DNA of 64,000 nucleotides from Thermoanaerobaculia bacterium (GCA_044226625.1 JBGAGQ010000009.1:1-64000), one strand, 5' to 3'. Counted from the stretch's first letter, positions 38,757 to 48,580 are shown. Translations and numbers: made by a program. The notes: generated by a model from the letters alone, not told the origin.

Positions 38757-41632
38757 CTTCCCCTCTCGAGCCGCACCCCGAGCCGTCGCTCGAGGAGATC
38801 CCCGGGTACCGTCGGTTCGAGCGGATCGGCCGCGGCGGCAGCGCTACCGTCTACCGCGCCGAGCAGGAGGGAAACGGCTTCCTGCGCCCCGTCGCTCTCA
38901 AGGTGATCGACCTCTTCGCCGACGCCTCCCGACTGCGCCGGTTCGAGGCCGAAAAGCGCATCCTCGCCGCACTCGAGCACCCCGGAATCGCCCGCCTGTA
39001 CGAGGCCGGGGTCACCTCGGCCGGTCGGCCTTACCTGGCGATGGAGCTGGTACGCGGCGACGACCTGCTCGAGCACTGCCGACGGACCAACGCTTCGACG
39101 CGCGATCGGATCGCGCTGTTCCTGCTCGTCCTCGACGCGGTCGAGCACGCCCATCGGGCGTCGATCGTCCATCGGGATCTCAAGCCGGGCAACGTCCTGG
39201 TCTCCGAGCATGGGGCACCGAAGCTGCTCGACTTCGGCATCGCCCGTCTGCTGGCGCCCGACGAGACCGGCGAAGGAACCGCGCCCCCCGACCCGACGGA
39301 GACCCGACGCCTGCCGTTCACCCCCGCCTACGCGAGCCCCGAGCAGGTCGCGGGAGGCCGGGTCGATCGAGCCTCCGACCTCTATTCACTCGGCGTCGTC
39401 CTCTACGAGATGCTCGCGGGAAGGCGCCCCTATCGCCTCGAAGACGATCGCTTGGCGACGCTCGAGCGGGCGATCCTCGAGCAGGTGCCCGAATCGGCAG
39501 CGCTCGGCCGCGACCTCGACGCAATCCTTCGAAAGGCGCTCGAAAAGGAACCGGCCGACCGCTACGCCTCGGCCGCCGAGCTCGCCACCGACCTGCGCCG
39601 CCACCTCGACGGGAAGCCGGTTCTCGCGCGCCGCGTCTCGCCGCTCGGGCGCTGGGCTCGAGAAGTCGCGCGGCGGCCCGCCCGGGCGATCGCGGCGGTT
39701 CTCCTCGCGCTTCTCGCCGGCGCGCTCGTCCGGTTCGGCCTCGGCACCCAGCCCGCGGAGCGAATCGACGCCGGGCGCCCCGACCCCACCGCTTCGCCGT
39801 TTCTTGCTCTGCCGGTCGCCCCCGCGGCGCTCGCCGATTTTCGCGCCGGGCTCGACGCGCTCGCGCGCCTGGAAACGAAAGCGGCGATCGCGCGGCTCCG
39901 CAAGGCGGTCGCCGCCGATCCCTCCCAACCGCTGATCCACGCCGCACTCGCCACCGCTCACGCGCGGGCTGGGCACGATTTCCTGGCGCGTGGCGAGGGG
40001 AGGAGAGCCCTCGAGCTCGCCCCGGCGGAGCCGCGGGAGAGCCGGCTGCTCGCCGAGGCGACGGCGTTCCAGACCTCCGGCGAAAAGGAGCAGGAGATCG
40101 AACGGCGGCGCGCCCTCTGGGTTCTTGCGCCTACGAATTTCGAGGCCGGGTTCCTGCTCGCGAAGAGCCTCAACGAGACCGGCGGAGGGGAGGAGGCGAT
40201 GACGGTGATCGGCCGGCTGCGAACCACTCCCCCCGGCAAGAGACCGCTCGACGACCTGCGCCTCGGCCTGCTCGAAGGGGAGGCGCTCAACCAGCTCGGG
40301 CGGCCGGCCGAGAACGACGCGGTGTCGGAAAAGGTGATGGCCGCCGCGACGCCGCGCAGCCTGCCGATCGTCGCGGCGATGGGACTCCTGAACCGGGCCC
40401 TCGCCCACGATGCCCTCGCCGTGAACAGCAAGACACAGGCGTTCGCGGCGCAAGCCGAGCGGATGTTCCTCACGCACGGGGAAGCATGGGGCGCCGTCCG
40501 AGCGGCGAATGTCCAGTGCGGCGCCGCGATCCACGACGGCCGGCCGCTCGACGCCGAGCGGGCCTGCCATCGAGCGATCCGAGCCGCCGAGAGCATCGGC
40601 AGCGCGACCTCCATGGCGCGCGGGTTCATGAACCTCGCGATTTCCCAGCGCCTGCGCGGCAACGTCCTCGAAGCGAGAAATACGCTGGCTCGCGCGCTCG
40701 AGATCGAGCGCAACGGCCCGCTCAAGGACCGGATCGCCCTCGGCCGCTATCTGTTCAACCTGGCGAGCCTCGACTCCGACCTCGGCCGGCTGCCCGAGGG
40801 GGAAGAAGAATTCCGGCAGGCCATCGAGCTGCTGCGAGAGGGCGGCAACAAGTTCAGCCTGATGCGGAACTTGAGCGCTCTCGGCCAGATCCTGATCTAT
40901 AGGGGCGCGCTCGAGCAGGCGGCTGCCGCCCTCGACGAGGCCCATCTCCTCGCCCAATCCGTCGGCTCGGACACCGAGCGCGGCCAGATCCTTTGGCGCC
41001 AGGCGGACGTCGCCAAGCTCGAAGGGGACCTGCCGCGCGCGCGGCGTCTGTTCGACCAAGCGGCGGTCGAGTTCGCGAACGCCGAGACCCAGGACATCGT
41101 GGGGCCGTTCCGCGTCTCGCGCCTTCAGATCGAAGTCCCGTCCGAGAAAGCTTGCCGTGCCCTGGAAGCGTCGTCTCCGGAGCTCGCGCGGACCGGCATC
41201 GAGGCCCTGAACGAGCTCGCCGTCGCGATCTCGCGCTGCTGGAGCGACGCGGGGTTTCCGAGCCGCGCCCGGCGTTGGCTCGACCGCTCGGGCACCGAGG
41301 CGGCGAATTCCGAAATCCCGGCGATCCGGGTCGACTACCTGCTCGCCCGCGCCTCGGTCGCGCTCGGCGCGAAACGCTGGGACGAAGCGGGCCAGGATCT
41401 TCGGACGGCCGAGGACCTGTGCCGGAAGTCGTCGCTCGGCAGCCAGCTGATGGAGGTCCGCCTCGTGTCCGCGCGCCTCGCGCTCGCCCGCGGCGAGCAT
41501 CCCGAGCGCGTTCGAACGCTCGCCGAGGAGCTGCGCAGCGACGCCTCGGCGGCGCGGTTCGGGACCATCGCGCGCGAGGCGGGCCTTCTCCTCGATGCGC
41601 AGCTGGACGCGCGGCGCCACGGTCGCCGATAG
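38747..41632 (+). CDS. Membrane Ser/Thr protein kinase-TPR receptor 2
   Basis: GRGGSATVY, VALK, HRDLKPGN, DFG, YASPEQ; TM; TPR-like region colinear with its paralogues. Confidence 0.93.
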   Translation: MLLASPLEPHPEPSLEEIPGYRRFERIGRGGSATVYRAEQEGNGFLRPVALKVIDLFADASRLRRFEAEKRILAALEHPGIARLYEAGVTSAGRPYLAMELVRGDDLLEHCRRTNASTRDRIALFLLVLDAVEHAHRASIVHRDLKPGNVLVSEHGAPKLLDFGIARLLAPDETGEGTAPPDPTETRRLPFTPAYASPEQVAGGRVDRASDLYSLGVVLYEMLAGRRPYRLEDDRLATLERAILEQVPESAALGRDLDAILRKALEKEPADRYASAAELATDLRRHLDGKPVLARRVSPLGRWAREVARRPARAIAAVLLALLAGALVRFGLGTQPAERIDAGRPDPTASPFLALPVAPAALADFRAGLDALARLETKAAIARLRKAVAADPSQPLIHAALATAHARAGHDFLARGEGRRALELAPAEPRESRLLAEATAFQTSGEKEQEIERRRALWVLAPTNFEAGFLLAKSLNETGGGEEAMTVIGRLRTTPPGKRPLDDLRLGLLEGEALNQLGRPAENDAVSEKVMAAATPRSLPIVAAMGLLNRALAHDALAVNSKTQAFAAQAERMFLTHGEAWGAVRAANVQCGAAIHDGRPLDAERACHRAIRAAESIGSATSMARGFMNLAISQRLRGNVLEARNTLARALEIERNGPLKDRIALGRYLFNLASLDSDLGRLPEGEEEFRQAIELLREGGNKFSLMRNLSALGQILIYRGALEQAAAALDEAHLLAQSVGSDTERGQILWRQADVAKLEGDLPRARRLFDQAAVEFANAETQDIVGPFRVSRLQIEVPSEKACRALEASSPELARTGIEALNELAVAISRCWSDAGFPSRARRWLDRSGTEAANSEIPAIRVDYLLARASVALGAKRWDEAGQDLRTAEDLCRKSSLGSQLMEVRLVSARLALARGEHPERVRTLAEELRSDASAARFGTIAREAGLLLDAQLDARRHGRR

Positions 41633-41646
41633 CGGGAGGAACTCCG

Positions 41647-44553
41647 ATGCCCGTCGCCTCCATCCCCGAAGAAGTCGCCGACGAGACGCTCGGCACGATT
41701 GCCGGCTACCGCCTGTTCGAGCCGATCGGCCGCGGCGGCAGCGCCACCGTCTACCGCGCCGAGCAGCGGGGCGACGGTTTCCTCCGGCCGGTCGCCTTGA
41801 AGATCATCGACCGCTTCGCCGACGCGCCGCGGCTGCGCCGCTTCGACGCCGAAAAGCGCATCCTCGCCGCGCTCGAGCACCCGGGAATCGCGCGCCTGTA
41901 CGACGCAGGTTTCACCTCGACCGGCCGGCCCTACCTCGCGATGGAGCTCGTGCGCGGCAGCGATCTCCTCGAGCACTGCCGGCGGACGGGCGCCTCGACG
42001 CGCGAGCGGATCGCCCTGTTCCTGCTCGTCCTCGACGCGGTCGAGCACGCTCACCGCGCTTCGGTCGTCCACCGCGATCTGAAACCGGGAAACGTCGTGG
42101 TCTCCGAGCAGTCGACGCCGAAGCTCCTCGACTTCGGCATCGCCCGCCTGCTTTCGAGCGAGGAGACGACCGGCGGCGGCACGATCGACACCACCGACAC
42201 GGCGGCGCCGGAGGCCCATCCGACGGAGACCCGGCTTTCGCCGTGGACCCCTTCCTACGCGAGCCCCGAGCAGGTCGCGGGCGACAAGGTCGACCGCGCC
42301 ACCGACCTCTATTCGCTGGGCGTCGTCATCTACGAGTTGCTCACCGGACGCCGGCCCTACCGCCTGGCCGACGACCGCCTGGAAACCCTCGAACGAGCGA
42401 TCCGCGAACAGCCGCCGGAACCGCCCGGTCTCGGCCGCGAGCTGGATTCGATCCTCGCCAAAGCGCTCGAAAAACGCCCGGCCGACCGCTACCTTTCGGC
42501 CGCCGATTTCGCCGCGGATCTGCGGCGTCATCTCGAAGGGCGGCCGATCTTCGCTCGGCCCGTCTCGCAGTTCGGGCGCCTCGGCGTCGCGCTCCGCCGC
42601 CGTGGAGCCTCGTCCGCCGTCCTCTCGCTGCTCCTGGTCGTGGCGCTCGTCGCGCTCGCCGCGCTGCTCGGCGGCCCCTCGTTCCGCCGCGCTCGCGAGA
42701 CGTCGGGGCCGGCCGATCCGGCGGCCTCTCCGTTCCTCGCCCTGCCCGTCGCCGCACCGGCGCAGGCGGATTTCGCGGCGGGGCTCGACGCGCTCGCGCG
42801 GTTCGAGACCCGGCGGGCGGTCGCGCGCCTCCGTGCGGCGGCCGACGCCGACCCCGACCAGCCGCTGATCCGCGCCGCGCTCGCGACCGCCCACTCCCGC
42901 GCGGGTCACGACTACCTGGCCCGCGCCGAAGGGCGACGGGCGTTGGACCTCGCGCCGGCCGAGCCGCGCGAAAGCCGCCTGCTCGCCGAGGCGACGGCAC
43001 TCCAGACCTCCGGCGACAAGGCGCGGGAGCTCGAACGGCGCCGCTCGCTCTGGGTCCTCTCGCCGACCCGATTCGAGGCCGGCTATCTGCTCGCGAAGAG
43101 CTTGAACGACGGCGGCACGGCGGACGAGGCGCTCGAGGTGGTCGCCCGGCTGCGCGCCCTGCCGGCCGGCCGCGTCTCGCCGAACGACCTGCGGCTCGGC
43201 CTGCTCGAAGCCGAGGCGCTCAACCAGCTGGGGCGCCCCGCCGACGCCGCGCGCGCGGCTTCGACGGTCGCCGGCGAAGCGATGCGACGGCGCCTGTCCG
43301 CGCTCGCCGCGAACGCCCTTCTACTCGAAAGCCTGGCTCAGGACGGCCTGGGAGCCACCGAGGCCATGGACGCGCTCGCCGTACGGGCGCACCGCCTGTT
43401 CGTACCTCTCGGCGAAACCTGGGGCGTCGCCCGGGCGCTCAACCTACGGTGTATCGCCCGCGTGCGCGATTCGCGCGCCGAGGAGGCCGAGAGGATCTGC
43501 GGCGACTGCATCCGTATGGCCGAACGGGCGGGCAGCGCCACGACCGCCGCTCGCGGGCTCGCGAATCTGGGCATGTCGCGGCGCCACGCGGGGCGCATCG
43601 CCGAGGCCCGGGCTCTCTACGTCCGGGCGATCGAGACCGAGGCGCGCGGACCGCTCCGCGACCGGATGAGCCAGGCGCGCTACCTCCACAACCTGGCGAA
43701 TCTCGACTCCGACCTCGGGCACCTACCGCAGGCGGAGGAGGGGTACCGGAAGTCGGCCGTGATCCTGCGCGAGGCGGGCAATCGCCTCAGCCTGCTGCGC
43801 TCGCTGAACGCGCTCGCCGCGGTGCTCATGTACCGCGGATCGCTCGCCGAAGTGGAAAGCGTTCTCGCCGAGGCCTCCGCCCTCGCGGGATCGGCCGGAT
43901 CGGCCCGAGACCGCGGCATCGTCCTCTGGCGCCGGGGGGATCTCGCCAAGCTCGAAGGCGACCTGCCGCTCGCCCGTAGCCTTTACGACCAGGCGGCGGG
44001 CGAGCTGGCGTCGAACGCTCCCGCGGCGATCGCCGCGCCGTTCGAAGCGTCGCGGAAGCAGCTCGCGCCCTCGTCCGAACGGGCTTGCCGCGACCTCGAG
44101 TCGTCGCACGCCGAGTTGGTTCGGCTCGAAGATCGGGCGGAGAACGAGCTCGCGATCGGCATCGCGCGCTGCTACGACGAGGCCGGATTCCCGCGCCGCG
44201 CCCAGGTCTGGCTCGACCGCGCGGCACCCGGCGCCGCGAGCTCCCAGCTCCCCGCGATCCGGACCGAATTCGAGCTCGTCCGCGCCGCGCTCGCCTTGAA
44301 GGGGCGGCGCTTCGACGAGGCGGACCGAGTGCTGACCGCGGCCACCGCCGCTTGCCGCGAGTTCTCCCTCGGCACCCAGCTCATGGAGGTCCGCCTGCTC
44401 TCCGCGCGTTTGGCTCTGCAACGGGGCGAGCATCCCGAGCGGGTCCGGACGCTCGCCGAAGAGCTCCTACGCGACGCCGAGGCGGGGCGCTTCGGCAAGG
44501 CCGCCCGGGGGGCCCGGGAGATCCTCGCCGCGCCCCGCCTCGCGCGGGGGTGA
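41647..44553 (+). CDS. Membrane Ser/Thr protein kinase-TPR receptor 3
   Basis: GGAGGA RBS then ATG 41647; same kinase motifs, TM and TPR-like region. Confidence 0.93.
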   Translation: MPVASIPEEVADETLGTIAGYRLFEPIGRGGSATVYRAEQRGDGFLRPVALKIIDRFADAPRLRRFDAEKRILAALEHPGIARLYDAGFTSTGRPYLAMELVRGSDLLEHCRRTGASTRERIALFLLVLDAVEHAHRASVVHRDLKPGNVVVSEQSTPKLLDFGIARLLSSEETTGGGTIDTTDTAAPEAHPTETRLSPWTPSYASPEQVAGDKVDRATDLYSLGVVIYELLTGRRPYRLADDRLETLERAIREQPPEPPGLGRELDSILAKALEKRPADRYLSAADFAADLRRHLEGRPIFARPVSQFGRLGVALRRRGASSAVLSLLLVVALVALAALLGGPSFRRARETSGPADPAASPFLALPVAAPAQADFAAGLDALARFETRRAVARLRAAADADPDQPLIRAALATAHSRAGHDYLARAEGRRALDLAPAEPRESRLLAEATALQTSGDKARELERRRSLWVLSPTRFEAGYLLAKSLNDGGTADEALEVVARLRALPAGRVSPNDLRLGLLEAEALNQLGRPADAARAASTVAGEAMRRRLSALAANALLLESLAQDGLGATEAMDALAVRAHRLFVPLGETWGVARALNLRCIARVRDSRAEEAERICGDCIRMAERAGSATTAARGLANLGMSRRHAGRIAEARALYVRAIETEARGPLRDRMSQARYLHNLANLDSDLGHLPQAEEGYRKSAVILREAGNRLSLLRSLNALAAVLMYRGSLAEVESVLAEASALAGSAGSARDRGIVLWRRGDLAKLEGDLPLARSLYDQAAGELASNAPAAIAAPFEASRKQLAPSSERACRDLESSHAELVRLEDRAENELAIGIARCYDEAGFPRRAQVWLDRAAPGAASSQLPAIRTEFELVRAALALKGRRFDEADRVLTAATAACREFSLGTQLMEVRLLSARLALQRGEHPERVRTLAEELLRDAEAGRFGKAARGAREILAAPRLARG

Positions 44554-44575
44554 CCGGCGGGAGGGCGGGCCGCCG

Positions 44576-46009
44576 TTAGAGCGGTCCGAAAGCGAACAGG
44601 ATCGACTTGTCGTTGATCTGGGACACCGCGTAGAGGCGCCCGTCGACGGTCAAGGCGGGGTGCGCGTTGTGGAACTCCTGGATCGTGAGCGCGTGCGTCA
44701 GGCTCTGCAGGTCGTGCTCGAAGATTCCCAGCTCGTCGAGGTTCGGCACGACCACCTCGTTCGCGCTCGCCGCCAGGCCGGCCGCGAGACCGAGCACGGG
44801 ATAGGGCTGGGGACGAAGCGTCGACGTGAGCTCCTTGGTCCCCGGCTTGAGGAAATGCACCGCGTGATCCGCCGGCACGATCCAGGCGTCCCCGGCGAGC
44901 GCGGGCGGGTTCATCACCGGCTCGCCCGCGTCGTAAGTCGCCTTGAGCGAGAACGAGGCGAGATCGTAGATCCGGACCCGGTGGCAGCTCGCGCCGAAGA
45001 CGACCAGGCCTTCCGGCGTGACCGTCGGGCTCGAGAGCCGCACGCCGTCGGCCTCCGCGCGATCGCCCCAGCGCTTGACTAGGCGACCCGGAACCGTCGC
45101 GGCCGCCGGGTCGAACTGGAGCACCTCGAGACGCGACCGGCAGTGATGATCGGTCAAGGCGACCAGCGGCGCGGTCGGGGTCGAAAAACCGTGGAGCGGC
45201 GTGTCGAGGATCGCCGGCGTCGACTCCGTCGGCCAGCCGTAGGTCTCGAACAGGGGCCCGCTTGCCATGGCCTCGAGCCCGCCCGCGTCCTTCGCCCGGC
45301 TCGCGCTCTTCCGGAAGGCGCCGCCGCCGTGGAGGTCGATGCACCCCTCGCCCACCGGGTGGCGGGCGAAGATCTGGCCCGCCCCGTCGAACACCACCAG
45401 CTCATGGAAGGAGTACGGCGCGAAGGAGAGGTCCCAGTTGGAGAACGCCACGTGGACGAAGACGAACGACTGACCGTCGAGCGTCCAGACCTTCGGCGAG
45501 CCGGACGACTTGCTCGGATTCCTGAACATGGTCGGCAGGTCGACCTGCCACACCGTCGTGCAGTTCGGGGCGACCCGGACGAGAGCGGTCTGATCGTGGG
45601 TATCGGTCGGCCGCGTCACCAGAAGCGCCACGTCGCCGTTCGGAAACATTGCGGGGACCGAGAGGATATGGGCCGATTTGAAGTTCCGGCTGCACTGCAC
45701 GTCGCCGTTCGGCCGGAACGCCCAGAGCGTGCCGGTTTCCGTCCCGACGTAGATCGTGCCCGCGACCGGGTCGACGATCGGGCCTCCCGCGCCGACGTTG
45801 CCGTCGAGTTGGTACGCCCAGTTGGCGACCACCGGAACCTTGGTGAACGAGTTGACGAAGCTCGTGTTCGAGAGATTTCCGTACGCCTGGTCCCACCCGG
45901 CCGCGGCGCGGGACGGCACGGCGCCCCCCATCCAAGCGACGACGCCCGCCAGAACGGCGTGGACCAACGCCCCGCGAAGCCCGCGGTTCCCACTCCCACG
46001 TGGACTCAT
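44576..46009 (-). CDS. Exported PQQ-like beta-propeller repeat protein
   Basis: AAGGAG RBS; signal peptide; WDQAYGN..NT, IYVGTETGTLWAF..NG, SSP and HPAL..DG.LY repeats. Confidence 0.8.
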   Translation of the reverse strand: MSPRGSGNRGLRGALVHAVLAGVVAWMGGAVPSRAAAGWDQAYGNLSNTSFVNSFTKVPVVANWAYQLDGNVGAGGPIVDPVAGTIYVGTETGTLWAFRPNGDVQCSRNFKSAHILSVPAMFPNGDVALLVTRPTDTHDQTALVRVAPNCTTVWQVDLPTMFRNPSKSSGSPKVWTLDGQSFVFVHVAFSNWDLSFAPYSFHELVVFDGAGQIFARHPVGEGCIDLHGGGAFRKSASRAKDAGGLEAMASGPLFETYGWPTESTPAILDTPLHGFSTPTAPLVALTDHHCRSRLEVLQFDPAAATVPGRLVKRWGDRAEADGVRLSSPTVTPEGLVVFGASCHRVRIYDLASFSLKATYDAGEPVMNPPALAGDAWIVPADHAVHFLKPGTKELTSTLRPQPYPVLGLAAGLAASANEVVVPNLDELGIFEHDLQSLTHALTIQEFHNAHPALTVDGRLYAVSQINDKSILFAFGPL

Positions 46010-46094
46010 GACCCTCTCCTTTCGGATTCGTACCGTGACGACGGGAGAGGCGGAAAAACCCGGAGTCCGGGGCCAGGCGGGGGCGCCCCGAGCC

Positions 46095-46592
46095 CTACTT
46101 GCCCGATCTCTTCTTGAACGACCAGGTGAACGCGAACCGCGCGGCGACCGTGCCGTCCGGCAGGCGTCCGATCGTCTCCGCACGCACGGTCTGCGGCTCG
46201 CCGGTCTCGATCGCCTGGGCGACCGCGGTGGCGATTTGCGGACCGGCGTCGCAGGTGAAGGTCAACCGGGCGCTCGCCTTCTTTTCGAACGCCGCTTCGA
46301 GACCGACGATCAGAAGGGCGACCGGCGCTTTCGATACCTCGATCGCCGCCATCGCGAGCGCGCCGGTCGAGAGCTCCGCCGCCATCGCCTGGGCCGCGAA
46401 GTAGATTGAGCGGAACGGGTTGGTCGACCGCCAGCCGTACGGGAGCGAGACGACGCATCGCTCGGTCGAGATCTCGTCGATCCGCAACCCCGCGAACAGG
46501 GCGAGCGGCAGCTTCGAGAGGAAATAGAGCCGCATCAGGAACCGCGAGCGGGCCTGGCGGAGGAACTTCGAATCGTTCGTCGTCGGAGGCAT
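46095..46592 (-). CDS. Hotdog-fold thioesterase-like protein (DUF4442-like)
   Basis: KLPLA.FAGLRI, NPFRSIYFAAQAMAAELSTG and F.KKA....FTC motifs. Confidence 0.85.
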   Translation of the reverse strand: MPPTTNDSKFLRQARSRFLMRLYFLSKLPLALFAGLRIDEISTERCVVSLPYGWRSTNPFRSIYFAAQAMAAELSTGALAMAAIEVSKAPVALLIVGLEAAFEKKASARLTFTCDAGPQIATAVAQAIETGEPQTVRAETIGRLPDGTVAARFAFTWSFKKRSGK

Positions 46593-46889
46593 GAGGCGAT
46601 GGATCTTACCGGACGCCGCGGCCCGCACCGCGCGACCGCCGACCGCTCGGCGCCGTCACTTCGAGAGAGCGGTCACCGCTCCTCATCCTCCTCACGCCAG
46701 TTACGAGACCGACGGAAGCGACCCGACGGTCTCGCGTATCGACGCCTGGGACGCGGTTCCCTCCGCGCTCGACCGCGGAGGGAATCCCCAGGTCTCGCGA
46801 CGCGCCGCGAAGCTACCGCGCACGAAGACCCCGGCGCCGCGCTCCGGTGCCGCGCGACGGCGCCCTCCTCCTTCAACGTGACGCTTCCC

Positions 46890-47230
46890 TTCCGCAACAC
46901 GAGGTACGAATCACGGGACAAGACGAATTATCGACGAGACACGATGCACCAGTTCGTAGACACGATGCACCGCTTCCGCAACACGAGGCAGCGGTGCTGC
47001 ATCGGAACGTTTCGCGACAAAGCCGAGGAGAAGGCCTTCCGGGCGTCGGCGGAATCGTTCTGGGAGCCATTAAAGAGGTGCGCGAGCTCTCGGCAGCGAA
47101 TCCTCGCGTTCCGTCATCGGTCCCTTGCGGTGCGTTCCGAACGTTGTGATCCATGGGACCTCTCATCTGCGTTGCGAGACCGGTGCGTAGCGTGATTGCA
47201 CCGGTGCGCAGCGTCTCGTCGCCGGTAACC
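46890..47230. repeat. Degenerate 21-bp-periodic repeat tract
   Basis: ACACGA at 46939/46960/46981; TTCCGCAACACGAGG at 46890/46974 (84 bp apart); CCGGT at 47180/47201/47222. Confidence 0.6.
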
Positions 47231-47297
47231 GACTCGGTCGCGCCTCTCCCCAACATTGCGTTAGGAGCGTCCGCACCGACCGATTTGCTCGCGCGGC

Positions 47298-47762
47298 TCA
47301 ATCCGGAGATGCCGAGCTCGCGACGGCCGGATTCCGGTAGCGCGTCGGCGCACGCCCCTCCCCGCGCACCTCGACCTGCAATCGTCCGGCGTCCGCCATC
47401 TCCTGGAGCACCCGGAACAGCGAGCTGCGCTCCGGTTCCCAGGGGAGCACGGCCAGTAAGTCGTTTCGGCTGAACCGTTCCGGAAGCCGCTCGAGCGCAG
47501 CCTCCACTTCGGCCTGCAGCTGTCCCGGCTGCCGCCGCACGCGCTTCGCCGGAACCGGAGGTACCTCCCGCTCGAGGCCCAAAGCGGCGGCCGGTGCGGC
47601 TGGAACCGCGCCCCCCGGGCCGGCCTCCCCCTCCGCCGTGGTCATCCAGACGAGGTCCAGCGCCCGCCGCTGCTGCCGGTGCGCTGCTTCCAGAAGCTCG
47701 ATTCCGGCTCGGAGCTGCTCGTCGAGCTGGCGTTTGCGGGTCTCATATTCATGTTGCGTCAT
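47298..47762 (-). CDS. Hypothetical protein (coiled-coil N-terminus, possible winged-helix C-terminus)
   Basis: Protein-like composition; FSRNDL....RSSLFRVLQEM...G.L......GR.PTRY looks wHTH-like. Confidence 0.7.
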   Translation of the reverse strand: MTQHEYETRKRQLDEQLRAGIELLEAAHRQQRRALDLVWMTTAEGEAGPGGAVPAAPAAALGLEREVPPVPAKRVRRQPGQLQAEVEAALERLPERFSRNDLLAVLPWEPERSSLFRVLQEMADAGRLQVEVRGEGRAPTRYRNPAVASSASPD

Positions 47763-47931
47763 GCGATGCATTGCAACACGGAGAGCGTTCGCAACACAAG
47801 ACGTCGATCCCCGGGATCCGCTCCTTCAGGGTCGGCCTCGCTCCCCCTTCTTAGCCTCCCTTCCGAGCGGGGGGATGAACGACCGGGAACGCGAGATCCT
47901 CGCCAAGGCGGGAAAGTGGTACTCTCCCACC

Positions 47932-48258
47932 ATGGCAGAGCCAGTCCGACAGCCGAAAACTCGTACCTCGTTTCTGACGCTGGATCCGAAGGGGCGCGCG
48001 ACGTTTCCCGAGGACGTTCGAAGGGCGTTGTCCGTCGGCCCAGGCGACCTCATCCTGCTGGAGCGCACGGAGCGAGGAACCTTCGAGCTGGTGCCCGCGA
48101 CCTTAGTGCCTACCGACCAGCTCTGGTTCCATCATCCGGAAATGCAGGAACGGATCGCTCGAGCGGAGAAGGACTTCGCGGAGGGCCGGTCGACGCGTAC
48201 GCGTACCCCCGAGGAAGCACAGGACTTTCTCGACGGTCTGAAGAAGCTTCGTCGATAG
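47932..48258 (+). CDS. AbrB/MazE/SpoVT family antitoxin
   Basis: LDPKGRATFPEDVRRAL.V.PGD; DQLWF...EMQERI..AE.D..EGR. Confidence 0.88.
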   Translation: MAEPVRQPKTRTSFLTLDPKGRATFPEDVRRALSVGPGDLILLERTERGTFELVPATLVPTDQLWFHHPEMQERIARAEKDFAEGRSTRTRTPEEAQDFLDGLKKLRR

Positions 48259-48259
48259 C

Positions 48260-48562
48260 GTGGCGCGAAAGCAGGTGTTCCTCGCGGCCGAATGGTCGGA
48301 GCCATGGAAGGAGAGCTACGCAAACCTGAGCTCCGATCGGCAGGCCGGCTGCGACAAAGCCGTCATCGCCCTCATCAAGCGTGTGGACTCGCCGGGGCTT
48401 CGGATCAAGCCCATCCATCCCGACAAATATTTCGTCGAAGCCCGAATCAATAGTGGCGACCGCATCGTGTTCCGTATCGAGGGAGACACGATCCTGTTCG
48501 TGGACGTCGTAAAGCACGACGACATCTCTCGCTACGGATCGAGGCCTGGAAAGCGCGGCTGA
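48260..48562 (+). CDS. Putative RelE-superfamily toxin
   Basis: 100 aa, 1 bp after the antitoxin; PGLRIKPI, EARINSGDRIVF and DVVKHD resemble RelE/YafQ-like ribonucleases. Confidence 0.75.
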   Translation: MARKQVFLAAEWSEPWKESYANLSSDRQAGCDKAVIALIKRVDSPGLRIKPIHPDKYFVEARINSGDRIVFRIEGDTILFVDVVKHDDISRYGSRPGKRG

Positions 48563-48580
48563 GCAAATGAAACGCAGGAA

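Noticed and set aside
46890-47230. Possible CRISPR or iteron array
   Set aside because: Repeats are short and degenerate with no repeat-spacer structure and no adjacent rep or cas gene.
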